A DNA stretch of 64,000 nt from Candidatus Poribacteria bacterium (lineage in GTDB: Bacteria > Poribacteria > WGA-4E > PCPOR2b). The notes beneath the pieces were generated by a model that made no database searches, was not told where the DNA came from, and saw only the letters and a list, made by a program, of their open reading frames with translations. Of the stretch, positions 39,182 to 50,756 are shown piece after piece; within the stretch, counting starts at the first letter, position 1, and each line of letters begins with the position of its first letter. Where the stretch lies: positions 1,696,001-1,760,000 of the forward strand of contig OZ244042.1 in assembly GCA_965215015.1 (NCBI GenBank). Reading direction: 5' to 3'. The translations under genes were made by a program, and so were the position numbers.

Positions 39182-40636
39182 GTGAACCTACATCGCTTAC
39201 TCCAAGGGGTAAACATCTCCTCATCAATTGGAGAGTTTGATAAAGACATTACCGGCATTGCGAGCGATAGTCGAGTTGTGAAGCCGGGGTACGCCTTTGT
39301 CTGTTATGACGGCGTCAACGTTGATGGACACGCCTTCATGCCCCAAGCCATCCAAAACGGTGCAACGACGATCATCGGGGAGAAACCGCAACCGATGCCG
39401 CCCGGTGTCACCTATATCCAAACGTCAAACGGACGCATCGCGTTCTCGCTCATTGCGGCAAACTGGCACGGAAATCCGGCAGATCGACTGAAGCTGATTG
39501 GCATCACCGGCACAAATGGCAAGACCTCAACAGCACATTTAGCCCATTCGATTTTCAAAGCTGCCGGACTAAGGTCGGGACTCATGGGCACAGTTGGAGC
39601 CCATTACGCAGATGTCTTTGTGCCGCCCACGATAACGACGCTCGAACCTTTGACACTTCATAAACTGTTTCGAGATATTGCTGATGAGGGCGTAGACTAT
39701 GTTATCATGGAAACCTCATCTCAAGGGCTCGCACAACACCGATTGGCTGGGCTCACTTTTGAAACAGCGGTTTTCACCAATCTGACACAAGACCATCTGG
39801 ATTACCATCAGACAATGGAGGAATATCTGAACGCTAAGACGATGCTGTTTCAGCAGCTCAACCCCGATAACGGCCTGGCAATCCTTAACGCGGACGATCC
39901 CGCCTCCGATTCAATCCGTCATCAAACCAATCCCCCCAACCTTACCTTTGGGGTTGAGGAACCGGCGGATTTGTCGGTCAGCAACGTCGAATCAACACTC
40001 AAACGACTCTCATTCGTCGCAAATACACCAAAGGGAAAAATACCTGCAAATCTGCGTCTGTTGGGTGATTACAACCTATATAACGCTCTTGCTGCGATCG
40101 GGATAGGGATCCACCATGACTGCTCGCTTGAGGCGATTCAAGGGGGACTTGAATCCACAGTTGTGCCGGGACGATTTGAGTTGGTCGATCGGGGACAACC
40201 TTTTGCCGTTGTTGTGGACTACGCCCATACGCCCGACGGTTTGGAAAACCTACTGACTGCTGCACGGAAGATTACGGAGGGTAATTTAATCTGCGTCTTT
40301 GGCTGCGGTGGAGACCGAGACCGTGGCAAACGTCCGAAGATGGGCAAAATCTCTGCAACCATTGCCGATCACAGCGTGATTACTTCTGACAATCCACGCA
40401 CCGAAGAGCCAGACACTATCATCACCGACATTGTGCAAGGCTTACCCCATGGCGCAAGTTACGACCTGATTCAGGACCGCCGGATTGCCATCGGTCATGC
40501 AATTGGGTTAGCAAAGGCAGGCGATCTTGTCACCATCGCGGGCAAGGGGCATGAGCCGTATCAAGAAATCAATGGCGTGCAATTTGACTTCGACGATCGG
40601 GAAGTCGCAGCGGAATTTCTTGAGCAGTTGAAGTAG
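39182..40636 (+). CDS. murE: UDP-MurNAc-tripeptide synthetase (mDAP-type)
   Basis: GITGTNGKTS, FTNLTQDHLDYH, VDYAHTPD, DNPR, AGKGHE. Confidence 0.96.
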   Translation: MNLHRLLQGVNISSSIGEFDKDITGIASDSRVVKPGYAFVCYDGVNVDGHAFMPQAIQNGATTIIGEKPQPMPPGVTYIQTSNGRIAFSLIAANWHGNPADRLKLIGITGTNGKTSTAHLAHSIFKAAGLRSGLMGTVGAHYADVFVPPTITTLEPLTLHKLFRDIADEGVDYVIMETSSQGLAQHRLAGLTFETAVFTNLTQDHLDYHQTMEEYLNAKTMLFQQLNPDNGLAILNADDPASDSIRHQTNPPNLTFGVEEPADLSVSNVESTLKRLSFVANTPKGKIPANLRLLGDYNLYNALAAIGIGIHHDCSLEAIQGGLESTVVPGRFELVDRGQPFAVVVDYAHTPDGLENLLTAARKITEGNLICVFGCGGDRDRGKRPKMGKISATIADHSVITSDNPRTEEPDTIITDIVQGLPHGASYDLIQDRRIAIGHAIGLAKAGDLVTIAGKGHEPYQEINGVQFDFDDREVAAEFLEQLK

Positions 40637-40782
40637 TCCCAATGAACTCAATGCTATTCAACTAGAGCGTCAAGAGGCGATACTCGACATAAGTTGGTAG
40701 TAGGGTAACTTATTGCCCATCCCGGCAGATTGGGCCCAGGACAGCTGCCCACAATTTGCTCATCACCTTCACGCATTACGCT

Positions 40783-42150
40783 ATGAACCTCACAATTGCT
40801 GAAATTCTACAGGCAACCCAGGGCAACCTCATCCGAGGCAATCCCAACACAGTGATAACGCAGGTCTCGACAGATTCGCGAACACTTAAAAAGGGTAATC
40901 TCTTTGTTGCACTGGTCGGTGAAAAATTTGATGGACATAACTTTCTAGAGGGTGTGTGTCAGCAAGGTGCCATCGGGGCGGTTGTTTCAAAACAGGTCGC
41001 CGATGCGCCTCGACTTGCACTACCGATTATTGTGCAAGTAAGCGACACGCTGGTTGCGCTGGGAGATATTGCCAACTGTCACCGCCACAAGTTTAATCTG
41101 CCAATCATCGCTATCACAGGCAGCAACGGCAAGACCACGACGAAAGACATAACAACCTCTGTGTTGGCGCAACGGTTTTCCGTTTTCAAATCCGAGAAAA
41201 GTTATAATAATCAGATTGGCATTCCCTCGCGATTGATGCAAATCAGCGAAGTAGATGAGATCGCTGTGTTAGAGATTGGCACCAGTTGGCCCGGAGAGAT
41301 TGAGCGACTGTCGCAAATTACGGCACCGACCGTCGGGGTGATCACCAACATAGGGCCGGCACACTTGGAATTGCTCGGTTCAATTGAAGGGGTCGCTGAA
41401 GAGAAGGGGGCATTGCTGACGCATGTCGAACATGCTATCCTCAACGCCGATGATCCAATGACACCGAGACTTGCCCGCCGTGTGTGTGGTCAAACTACCA
41501 CATTTGGTTGGCAGACTGATGCGGATATTTCTGCAGATGAGATTGAAATTGACGGTTTTGGCAAGCCTGTGTTTACGTTGAAGATTGGCGGGAACGAGAT
41601 TGATAGAGTACATTTGCCATGTCTAGGCAAACACAACATCTACAATGCGCTTGCCGCTGCCGCCGTAGGTCTCTGGGCGGGCTTAACGCCACCAGAGATT
41701 TGTACCGGACTAGAGTGTTTTCAGCCGGCCGACATGCGGATGCAGCCGATTGTACACAACGACCTATGCATCATTAACGACGCCTATAACTCAAACCCGG
41801 AGTCCCTCAAGGCCGCTTTGGCATTTTTCAGCGATATTGAAATAACTGGCAAGCGAATTGCCATCCTTGGTGATATGCTTGAACTTGGCAAATACTCTCA
41901 CATGCTCCACCTGGAAACGGGACAAGCTCTCCCAACCAACATCAACCTATTGATTACTGTTGGTCCCTATAGCCGCGCGATTGCTCATGGAGCAGAAAAC
42001 AAGGTCAAGTCAATTATCTCCTGCGACACGCCAAAGCAAGCAGCACAGCAATTGATCAAATACGTTCACCCCGGTGATGCGGTGCTCATCAAGGGGTCAC
42101 GCGGGGTAAAATTGGAGCAGGTCTTGGAAGAACTGAGGCGTGAAACCTAA
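40783..42150 (+). CDS. murF: UDP-MurNAc-tripeptide--D-Ala-D-Ala ligase
   Basis: ITGSNGKTTTK, NNQIG, NDAYNSNP, LGDMLELG, KGSRG. Confidence 0.96.
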   Translation: MNLTIAEILQATQGNLIRGNPNTVITQVSTDSRTLKKGNLFVALVGEKFDGHNFLEGVCQQGAIGAVVSKQVADAPRLALPIIVQVSDTLVALGDIANCHRHKFNLPIIAITGSNGKTTTKDITTSVLAQRFSVFKSEKSYNNQIGIPSRLMQISEVDEIAVLEIGTSWPGEIERLSQITAPTVGVITNIGPAHLELLGSIEGVAEEKGALLTHVEHAILNADDPMTPRLARRVCGQTTTFGWQTDADISADEIEIDGFGKPVFTLKIGGNEIDRVHLPCLGKHNIYNALAAAAVGLWAGLTPPEICTGLECFQPADMRMQPIVHNDLCIINDAYNSNPESLKAALAFFSDIEITGKRIAILGDMLELGKYSHMLHLETGQALPTNINLLITVGPYSRAIAHGAENKVKSIISCDTPKQAAQQLIKYVHPGDAVLIKGSRGVKLEQVLEELRRET

Positions 42151-42292
42151 AATTGGGTGTCTAACACCTCACCCCGAATTAGGCTTAAAATTGGTGGGCA
42201 TGTGGAAGGAAGCGGCACTTTCCTTTTTAATCCCTCATCATTTCCAACTTTCACCAATCGTATGAATTCAAAGGATAAACCTTAATATCAAT

Positions 42293-43396
42293 ATGCTCTA
42301 CTATCTATTTTTTGAACAATTAACAGGTTTTTTTTCGCCGCTGAACGTATTTCGTTATATCAGTTTTCGGTCCATCTATGCAACAGTGACCGCACTACTT
42401 ATAGCCCTAATTTTAGGTCCATTTGTTATTCGACAGCTGAGACGCTTGAAAATCGGTCAGCATGTCCGAGATGATGGGCCCGAAACGCATTTCAGCAAGG
42501 AGGGTACGCCGACGATGGGCGGCGTACTTATTATCATATCTGTGCTGATCTCAATTTTTCTGTGGGCACGATTGGATCAGCCCTATATTTTTGTTCTCAC
42601 CTTCAGCCTTGTGTGGTTTGGTGGGCTCGGTTTTCTGGATGATTACCGGAAAATTACCAACCAACAATCGCTTGGATTGAAGGGTTGGCATAAGATTTTT
42701 TTACAAACACTTGGTGCACTCGCCATTGCCTACTTCCTCTACCAATGGGGACCTGTTCCTAAAGATAGTTTGACTGAAAGAACATCAATTATCATTCCTT
42801 TCTTTAAGCAGCTGCGTCCCGACCTCGGTATATTCTTTATTCCATTTGCAGCGTTCATCATTGTCAGTGCGTCCAACGCTGTCAATCTGACAGATGGGCT
42901 TGACGGTTTAGCCATCGGCTGTACTCTGTTTGTCGCAGCCACATTTGGTGTACTAGGCTACCTTACAAGCCACCAACAGTTAGCCAATTATCTCGACATC
43001 GCGCATATTCCAACCAGCGGAGAGGCTGCGACTATCTTCTGTGCTGCATTGATTGGGGCGGGTGTCGGCTTTTTATGGTATAATTGTCATCCGGCACAGG
43101 TCTTCATGGGAGATACAGGTTCGTTAGCTCTCGGTGCAGCACTTGGAACCATTTCTATCTTAATTAAGGAAGAGATTTTGCTTGTGATTGTTGGAGGGAT
43201 TTTCGTCGCTGAAGCCCTTTCCGTCATTATCCAAGTTGCCTCCTATAAAACACGAAAAAAACGGGTGTTCAGAATGTCACCGCTACATCATCATTTTGAG
43301 CAACTCGGTTGGCCCGAGCCGAAGGTCGTCCTCCGTTTCTGGATTATTGGCTTGATCTTGATGCTCATCGCACTGAGTACCCTCAAATTACGATAG
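42293..43396 (+). CDS. mraY: Phospho-N-acetylmuramoyl-pentapeptide transferase
   Basis: GTPTMGG, NAVNLTDGLDGL, FMGDTGS, PLHHHF. Confidence 0.97.
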   Translation: MLYYLFFEQLTGFFSPLNVFRYISFRSIYATVTALLIALILGPFVIRQLRRLKIGQHVRDDGPETHFSKEGTPTMGGVLIIISVLISIFLWARLDQPYIFVLTFSLVWFGGLGFLDDYRKITNQQSLGLKGWHKIFLQTLGALAIAYFLYQWGPVPKDSLTERTSIIIPFFKQLRPDLGIFFIPFAAFIIVSASNAVNLTDGLDGLAIGCTLFVAATFGVLGYLTSHQQLANYLDIAHIPTSGEAATIFCAALIGAGVGFLWYNCHPAQVFMGDTGSLALGAALGTISILIKEEILLVIVGGIFVAEALSVIIQVASYKTRKKRVFRMSPLHHHFEQLGWPEPKVVLRFWIIGLILMLIALSTLKLR

Positions 43397-43470
43397 TGGT
43401 AAAAGAAATAAGCAGAAAATAGTGGATATTCAATGATTGTAGGTATTCCAAATCCGCGTAGGGAGAGACC

Positions 43471-44217
43471 ATGCGATTAAAAAATAAAATTGCTGTTATC
43501 ACCGGTGGGGCGACGGGCATCGGTGCTGCTACAGCGGTGATGTATGCACAAGAGGGAGCTAAAGTTGTCATCGCCGATCTGAATGAGGAAGATGGCTGGG
43601 CAACTGCCCAATCCATTGAAGCAGAGGGAGGCACTGCTCAGTTTGTACGGACGGATGTCTCTCAAGAGGCGGATGTTGCTGCAATGGTGGAAGCTGTAAA
43701 ACAGAGCTTTGGGCGGCTTGATGTCTTGGTGACCTGCGCTGGTATCCTGTTAGGCGCAGCGGTGCGCATCGATCAGTTTGAGGCGGAAGCATGGGATGCG
43801 GTCATCAGGGTCAACTTGAGGGGGACTTTCCTGTGCACTAAACATGCCGTTCCGTTGATGGAAAAGAGCGGCGGTGGGGTAATGGCACTGATTGCATCGG
43901 GTGCCGGGGTGACAGGGCCCAGTGCATCCGTCGCCTATGGTGCCAGCAAAGGCGGGGTACGAGGCTTGGGATTTACCCTAAAGAACCAAGTTGAGCCGTT
44001 GAATATTCGAGTGCATGTTGTTTGTCCCGGCAACCTCAATACCCCTCTGAAACTCAGGGCAATCGCCGAAATCGCAGAAAGGGGAGGAGAATCACCGGAA
44101 GCGGCTGTTACCGCCGCACAGGCGTCTCTATTCCAACCGGAAGAGGTCGCCAAGGTGCTGACAGACCTTGCTTCTGATGCGGGGGTGAATGCGGAAGAAC
44201 TCATATTTACAAAGTAA
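43471..44217 (+). CDS. SDR family oxidoreductase
   Basis: TGGATGIG, YGASK. Confidence 0.88.
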   Translation: MRLKNKIAVITGGATGIGAATAVMYAQEGAKVVIADLNEEDGWATAQSIEAEGGTAQFVRTDVSQEADVAAMVEAVKQSFGRLDVLVTCAGILLGAAVRIDQFEAEAWDAVIRVNLRGTFLCTKHAVPLMEKSGGGVMALIASGAGVTGPSASVAYGASKGGVRGLGFTLKNQVEPLNIRVHVVCPGNLNTPLKLRAIAEIAERGGESPEAAVTAAQASLFQPEEVAKVLTDLASDAGVNAEELIFTK

Positions 44218-44403
44218 CCTAAGCTACCAATTTCGACACCGACAAAGAACGCTTGATAGGCTTTGTCGAGACCGAGACGGCGTAAAGCATCCTGTAAGAC
44301 ATCTTCCTCCCCTCCCCCGATAAATCGGGGCTAAGAAGCCTAAAGGAAAAGGGGGCTCCACTGCCAAGATTTGATGAAAACAGATCCGCTCTGGTCGGTA
44401 TCT

Positions 44404-44666
44404 GGGGCGTGTTGACATTTGACAAATTGAACCAATCTGATGCGCTCTGAAGCGACTTCAAATTTCTGTAGGGGCACCCCCAAGGCCCGGTATGTTGTGC
44501 AACCGTGTCTGGTGAATTGAAAACACCCGGACTCTCGCGCAATGTTCCGGGCGGATTGAGCCAAGATGGTGTTTGGTATTCTATGGCGTGAGGTTGCCGG
44601 TATTTTCGGGATTAAGCAGCCTACCCCTACATTGGGGAGATTTTCCAAAATGTCAACAGAACCTAG
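44404..44666. mobile_element. MITE copy B
   Basis: GGGGCGTGTTGACATTT...AAATGTCAACAGAACCTAG. Confidence 0.65.
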
Positions 44667-44799
44667 CAATTTTCTATTTACTTTCTAAATTTCTGCTGCG
44701 CGGAAATAACTCTTTACATTTTTAATGATTTTAGTATATAATAAACAATGCACTGCTACCAAATAAAGTAGATAGAGCAGGAATAAAAAGGGAAGTCGG

Positions 44800-45375
44800 A
44801 TGGTTTTATCAGATCAAGATATTGTTCGTTATCAGAAACTGGGGAAAATCAAAATCACTCCTCCCCCAGATCTCACCAAGCAGCTGGGTTCCTGTTCCAT
44901 CGATTTCCGGCTAGGGAATACCTTCCGGTTGTTTGAGCACAGCAAGTATCCTTATATCGATCTCTGTGAAGAGATTGACCCCAATGAACTGATGCATAAA
45001 GTGGAAGTCCCCAATGGTGAGGCGTTTACTATGCAGCCGGGGGAATTTGTACTTGCGGCAACCCTCGAAACTCTTGAACTTGCTGACGATGTAATGGCGA
45101 GGCTTGAAGGACGGAGCAGCCTTGGTAGGCTCGGCATTATTGTTCACAGTACGGCGGGGCTCTTTGATCCAGGCTGGGTCGGTACCGCTACATTGGAACT
45201 GGGAAATCTTGGGCGTATGCCTGTTAAACTCTACCCCGGGATGCGGATTTGTGCGTTTACATTTGAAGAGTTATCCTCTCCTGCAAAAGTGCCCTATCGT
45301 CAAAAACCGGGGAATAAGTATGCCGGACAAGTTGAACCAGAAGCCAGCCGTTTTGAGAAGGATTTGAATCAGTAA
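44800..45375 (+). CDS. dcd: dCTP deaminase
   Basis: MVLSD, SIDFRLG, EGRSSLGRLG, HSTAGLFDPGW, TLEL. Confidence 0.94.
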   Translation: MVLSDQDIVRYQKLGKIKITPPPDLTKQLGSCSIDFRLGNTFRLFEHSKYPYIDLCEEIDPNELMHKVEVPNGEAFTMQPGEFVLAATLETLELADDVMARLEGRSSLGRLGIIVHSTAGLFDPGWVGTATLELGNLGRMPVKLYPGMRICAFTFEELSSPAKVPYRQKPGNKYAGQVEPEASRFEKDLNQ

Positions 45376-45600
45376 ACAGTTGCATTGCTAAAAACTTTAG
45401 CAGTGATATGCACAATAATTCAGCATGAGTGAATTGAGGCAGTTGTATCATACCGCTTATTTTCTATTAAAGGGGCACCTCACATAGTGAGACAATTAGG
45501 GACAAACCACCCATCAGAGCCAAATTTCCTCTACCAAATAAGCACAAAACGAGGTGCAGAAATTTGACGCTGGTTGTTCATTTCAACAGGGATGCAATCA

Positions 45601-45617
45601 TTGGCATATCGCTTGCT
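45601..45617 (+). promoter_or_regulatory. sigma54 (-24/-12) promoter upstream of glnA
   Basis: TTGGCATATCGCTTGCT has GG-N10-GC. Possible enhancer sites are TGCTAAAAACTTTAGCA (45386-45402) and TGCACAATAATTCAGCA (45409-45425). Confidence 0.7.
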
Positions 45618-45815
45618 TCATCTTGGAGGTGTCCTGTTTTCAGATGCCATTGTCTCTAATAATTCGTTGAGTAGGGTGTATGAAAAGTGGCAGAGATGTC
45701 TCCCCCTTGAGAGGTTTCTCATATGCGTTCCTAATCGGATCGCTAGGCAGTGCCAACCCTACCTAGTTTAATCATCATTGCTTGGCTCAAATATTTTTGT
45801 TTAAGGAGAGTTTAG

Positions 45816-47258
45816 ATGACACCAAGTGAAGTTGTAGAATTTGCAAGGGAAAAAGATGTCAAAATTGTTGACTTTAAATTTACGGATCTGCCTGGCATGT
45901 GGCACCACTTTTCGATTCCCTCAACAGAGTTAGAGGAAGACCTGTTTGAAGATGGACTCGGTTTTGATGGTTCAAGTATTCGCGGTTTTCAGGCGATTAA
46001 CGAAAGCGATATGCTCCTGTTCCCTGATCCCGATACAGCGATTGTGGATCCGGTTTGCAAGATTCCGACACTCAGTCTTATTTGTAACATTAAGGATCCA
46101 ATTACCTTAGAAAGCTATAGTCGAGACGTACGGCATATCTCTCAAAAAGCGGAAGCCTATCTCAAAAGCACCGGACTCGCGGATACCAGCTATTGGGGAC
46201 CGGAAGCTGAGTTTTTTGTATTCAATGATGTTCGCTATGGTCAAAATCAGCATTCCGGCTTCTATTCCGTTGATTCCGTTGAAGGGAGTTGGAACGCAGG
46301 TAAAGGGAGTTGGAATCCAAATACAGGCGACTATGACGGACCGAACCTCGGGTACAAACCTCGCTACAAGGAAGGGTATTTCCCCGTTCCGCCATCGGAT
46401 ACGCTGCAAGATGTTCGGTCTGAAATGATTCTCAAAATGATCGATTGTGGGATTGATGTAGAGGTTCACCACCATGAGGTTGGCACCGGCGGGCAGGGTG
46501 AGATTGATCTCCGGTTTGATACCATGACCCGGATAGGCGATAAGCTCGCGCTGTATAAGTACATCATCAAGAATACAGCCCGTGCCCACAACATGACAGC
46601 GACCTTTATGCCAAAGCCGCTGTTTGAAGATAATGGGTCAGGTATGCACACCCATCAGAGTTTATGGAAAGATGGGCAAAATATCTTTTATGATCCGCAG
46701 GGCTATGCCGGGTTAAGTGAAGCCGCATTATATTACGCCGGCGGTCTCCTTAAACACCTACCGTCGCTGTGTGCTATCATCGCACCGACAACCAATTCTT
46801 ACAAGCGGTTGGTCCCAGGTTACGAGGCACCGGTGAATCTTGCATACTCGCAAAGAAATCGGAGTGCGTGCGTCCGCATTCCCGTCTATTCTCAGAGCGA
46901 AAGATCGAAGCGACTAGAACTCCGTACACCAGATCCATCCTGTAACGCATATCTTGCCTGTAGCGCAATGCTCATGGCGGGGCTTGATGGTATCCGAAAC
47001 CAGATTCACCCCGGTGATCCACTCGATAAGGATCTGTATGATCTGGAACCGGAGGAACTGGCAGAAATTGAGTCAACGCCAGCTTCTTTAGCTGAGGCGC
47101 TTGATGCCTTAGAGGACGATCATGACTACCTGCTCGAAGGCGATGTGATCACGCAGGACGTGATTGACACATGGATAGAGTATAAACGTGAAAACGAAGT
47201 CGATGCAATCAACCTCCGTCCGCATCCACACGAATTTCATCTCTACTATGATATTTAA
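45816..47258 (+). CDS. glnA: Glutamine synthetase type I
   Basis: [33 protein letters not shown] adenylylation site. Confidence 0.97.
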   Translation: MTPSEVVEFAREKDVKIVDFKFTDLPGMWHHFSIPSTELEEDLFEDGLGFDGSSIRGFQAINESDMLLFPDPDTAIVDPVCKIPTLSLICNIKDPITLESYSRDVRHISQKAEAYLKSTGLADTSYWGPEAEFFVFNDVRYGQNQHSGFYSVDSVEGSWNAGKGSWNPNTGDYDGPNLGYKPRYKEGYFPVPPSDTLQDVRSEMILKMIDCGIDVEVHHHEVGTGGQGEIDLRFDTMTRIGDKLALYKYIIKNTARAHNMTATFMPKPLFEDNGSGMHTHQSLWKDGQNIFYDPQGYAGLSEAALYYAGGLLKHLPSLCAIIAPTTNSYKRLVPGYEAPVNLAYSQRNRSACVRIPVYSQSERSKRLELRTPDPSCNAYLACSAMLMAGLDGIRNQIHPGDPLDKDLYDLEPEELAEIESTPASLAEALDALEDDHDYLLEGDVITQDVIDTWIEYKRENEVDAINLRPHPHEFHLYYDI

Positions 47259-47404
47259 TCGGTTGGATTCCTTTTTTAGTTGTAGATAACAATGAAAGTT
47301 AAGCGTAAAACGCAACCTGTAATCAGGCTCCTACGTTTTTACGCTTACTAGATTCACAGGGTTGAGGGGTTGTGAGCATCACCGTTTGAACAAAGGAGAG
47401 ATAA

Positions 47405-47746
<342 letters not shown>

Positions 47747-47960
47747 ACACAAGCCCCTATTCACGCAACAGTGCAATTGTAGGGGACAATGCCTTGATCA
47801 GAGAGGTGTTGTCCCCTATTTTCGTGCACCCTGAAACGATTCACCACCTACTCATCACCCTCCTTCCTACCGAAATTGCAGTGCACTTCCCTCTCCACAT
47901 CGTCCAAGAGTTCATTGGTTCAGAAGCTCATTAGATAAGCCAATATACTGATAAACCAAT

Positions 47961-48090
47961 TAGGGCATGTTGACATTTACGTGCGGCGTGTCCGTAGTTC
48001 GCCGATAAGGAACCAATCATAAGGGCTGGGTTCTCGCCCAACGGGTTACGAGCCCCAACCTACGTGCTATCCAATATCAATAGAACCTAG
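47961..48090. mobile_element. MITE copy C
   Basis: TAGGGCATGTTGACATTT...AATATCAATAGAACCTAG; interior homologous to copy A. Confidence 0.6.
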
Positions 48091-48227
48091 CGAATCAGCG
48101 TCCCGTACAACATAACAGTTACTCCCTATTTTTGCTTGACGCGCTTTTGCTTGACATGCTATTATTTATATCTGTCTTGCCATTATTTAATCTTAGAAAT
48201 TCAAAAGCATAGAGGTGATTATCGAAT

Positions 48228-49184
48228 ATGATTGAAGTGATAAATTTGACAAAACGGTACGGCCCAACCGTTGCGGTAAATAATGTCTCCTTTGATGCGA
48301 AAGCGGGAGAAGTGCTAGGCTTCCTAGGTCCAAACGGAGCGGGCAAAACCACAACGATGCGTATCTTAACTTGCTACCTCTCAGCAGACGAGGGAACTGC
48401 GAAAGTCGATGGATATGATGTTTTTGAGGAGTCTATTGAAGTCCGTAAACGGATTGGCTACCTGCCTGAAAGCGCACCCCTCTATACTGATATGGGGGTT
48501 ATCGACTACCTTAAATTTATCGCCCAAATCCGGGATATTCCCAAGAACCAACGCTCCCAGCGTATTAAAGATGTCGTTGACATCTGTGGACTTGAGAAGA
48601 TGATTCAAAAGGATGTCGGTGAACTCTCCAAAGGCTATCGCCAACGCCTCGGCCTCGCACAAAGCCTGATTCATGATCCCCCGATCCTCGTGCTCGATGA
48701 GCCCACCTCTGGGCTTGACCCCAACCAAATTATCGAAATTCGTAATCTGATTCGAGACATCGGCAAGGAGAAGATGGTTATCTTCAGTACACACATCCTG
48801 TCTGAAGTCTCCGCGACCTGTAGCCGAATTTTGATTATCAATGATGGGCAGATTGTTGCCAATGGCACACCAGACGAGTTAGCTGGACGGGCGCGCGGGG
48901 AAGAGGTCGTTCACATCTCCATCCTGGGTCCACGCGAAGAAATCGAAGCGAAACTTGAAGAATTACCCCTGATCTCAGACTTCAAACGGGTGAAATCCGA
49001 TGATGGCGGGTGCGGCTATCAGATTGTGTCCCATAAAGGGAAAAACACGGCAGAAGAACTCTTCCATTTTGTAGTACAGAATCACTGGAGTTTGACAGAA
49101 TTGCGCCAAGAAGCAATTAGCCTCGAAGATGTCTTCCGGCAACTGACCGGCAATGAATCCGCGACTCAGCCAACCGCCGTGTAA
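48228..49184 (+). CDS. ABC transporter ATP-binding protein (GldA-like)
   Basis: GPNGAGKT, LSKGYRQR, LDEPT. Confidence 0.9.
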   Translation: MIEVINLTKRYGPTVAVNNVSFDAKAGEVLGFLGPNGAGKTTTMRILTCYLSADEGTAKVDGYDVFEESIEVRKRIGYLPESAPLYTDMGVIDYLKFIAQIRDIPKNQRSQRIKDVVDICGLEKMIQKDVGELSKGYRQRLGLAQSLIHDPPILVLDEPTSGLDPNQIIEIRNLIRDIGKEKMVIFSTHILSEVSATCSRILIINDGQIVANGTPDELAGRARGEEVVHISILGPREEIEAKLEELPLISDFKRVKSDDGGCGYQIVSHKGKNTAEELFHFVVQNHWSLTELRQEAISLEDVFRQLTGNESATQPTAV

Positions 49185-49250
49185 AGCCCAGCCGCTCCCG
49201 TTTCACCTTCAACACAATACACAGTTCCTCAACTTAGGAGACCACCGACC

Positions 49251-49907
49251 ATGAGAATTGTGACACCTGATTTTGCAGGGGCGGCGTATCCACCGGGTAC
49301 AAAAGTATCATTTACAACTGAGACAGGCAGTACGCTGCACGGCACCGTACAAGGCCTACTCCCTCGGTGGGCGCGGGTGGCAACGCAGCAAGGAAGGCTG
49401 TGGAAAGTTCCATACGGTCTCTTAACGGTGATAGAGCCCACGCAAGACCCAGCGATGCCGCTCACCGAAGTTACAGTGCTGGGAAAGTACTTAATTCGAG
49501 AACATGAAGTCAAAAGTGGACTCAAAACGGGCTGGCAGTTCGCATTCGATCTCGCGCCAGCACGCGGAGGCTTATGCAAATACAGGGAGAAGCTGATTAC
49601 GCTCTCGCTCACGTACTGCTTGAGAGCATCTAAGAAAGAAATTGTTGATACAATCCTACATGAGATTGCACATGCGATAGTCGGACCGAAGCACGGACAT
49701 GATGCAACATGGAAAGCAGCAGCACGACGGATTGGCTGCACGGCCGAACGGTGCCACCACGTCCAACATACACCCCCGCGCTGGTACGGACAGTGTGGCT
49801 GTGGTCAACAATGGAAACGACAACGCCTGAGTCAACGCACAAAAACATCCAGGTGTCGGAAGTGCAAGGGGCCTATTGAGTGGAAAAGGGCAGGAATAAA
49901 CCATTAA
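49251..49907 (+). CDS. SprT-like zinc metalloprotease with a small N-terminal beta domain
   Basis: TILHEIAHA, HGHDATWK, C-terminal CxC...CxxC zinc ribbon. Confidence 0.8.
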   Translation: MRIVTPDFAGAAYPPGTKVSFTTETGSTLHGTVQGLLPRWARVATQQGRLWKVPYGLLTVIEPTQDPAMPLTEVTVLGKYLIREHEVKSGLKTGWQFAFDLAPARGGLCKYREKLITLSLTYCLRASKKEIVDTILHEIAHAIVGPKHGHDATWKAAARRIGCTAERCHHVQHTPPRWYGQCGCGQQWKRQRLSQRTKTSRCRKCKGPIEWKRAGINH

Positions 49908-50035
49908 ACAAAACCTACGCTCTAGCAAATTTGTCACCGGCTGCCTCTGTCAGCCAAATGGGAAGCAAAGTCTGAAAATCCTGTTATCGAATTAAACCGT
50001 AGCGATTTTCAAGGAGGTAACACCACAAGAAGAAA

Positions 50036-50752
50036 ATGAATAACATTGCAGCAATTTTCACGAAAGAGTTTAGGGGCTACTTTAATTCGCCTATCGCCTA
50101 TATCTTTATCACATTTTTTCTCGCACTGGCCGCCTGGTTTTTCTTTCGAGGCTTTTTCCTCGTAGGTCAAGCCGTGATGAGAAGTTTCTTCAGTTGGGTG
50201 CCGTGGATATTCCTTCTGTTCATTCCGGCGGTCACCATGAAGCTCTGGGCAGAGGAAAAAAAGATAGGCACGGTCGAAATCCTGATGACCCTTCCTATCA
50301 AGGATCACGAAGTGGTCATCGGGAAATACCTTGCCAGCTTTAGCCTCCTTGGGGTAACCATTCTTCTCTCCCTTTCTATACCGATTACCGTCTCCTACCT
50401 TGGGGAACCGGATGGGGGACCTATCCTCGGCGGCTATATCGGGCTTCTCCTGATGGGAGCGGCTTACCTCTCTATTGGGATGTTTGCCTCCACCATTACG
50501 GAAAATCAGATTATCGCTTTCATCCTTGGGATTGTGATGTGCTTCGCGCTATTCATCATCGGTGAAGACATCGTGCTTTTCAATGCGCCGAACTGGATTG
50601 TCCCAATTTTCAGCTACCTCGGTTTGGGTGCCCATTTTAGCAGCATTCTGAGAGGCGTTATCGATTCGCGAGATCTCATCTATTACTTTTCTGTTATCGG
50701 TTTTTTCCTCTATTTGAGTGTCTTGATGGTTACAGTTCAGAAATGGAGATAG
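50036..50752 (+). CDS. ABC-2 permease (GldF-like)
   Basis: KEFRGYFNSPIAY, AEEKKIGTVEILMTLP, TENQIIAF. Confidence 0.88.
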   Translation: MNNIAAIFTKEFRGYFNSPIAYIFITFFLALAAWFFFRGFFLVGQAVMRSFFSWVPWIFLLFIPAVTMKLWAEEKKIGTVEILMTLPIKDHEVVIGKYLASFSLLGVTILLSLSIPITVSYLGEPDGGPILGGYIGLLLMGAAYLSIGMFASTITENQIIAFILGIVMCFALFIIGEDIVLFNAPNWIVPIFSYLGLGAHFSSILRGVIDSRDLIYYFSVIGFFLYLSVLMVTVQKWR

Positions 50753-50756
50753 ACCT

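Noticed and set aside
45541-45558. NtrC box AGCACAAAACGAGGTGCA
   Set aside because: It is one base longer than the 17-bp consensus and close to the promoter, so it was not called.
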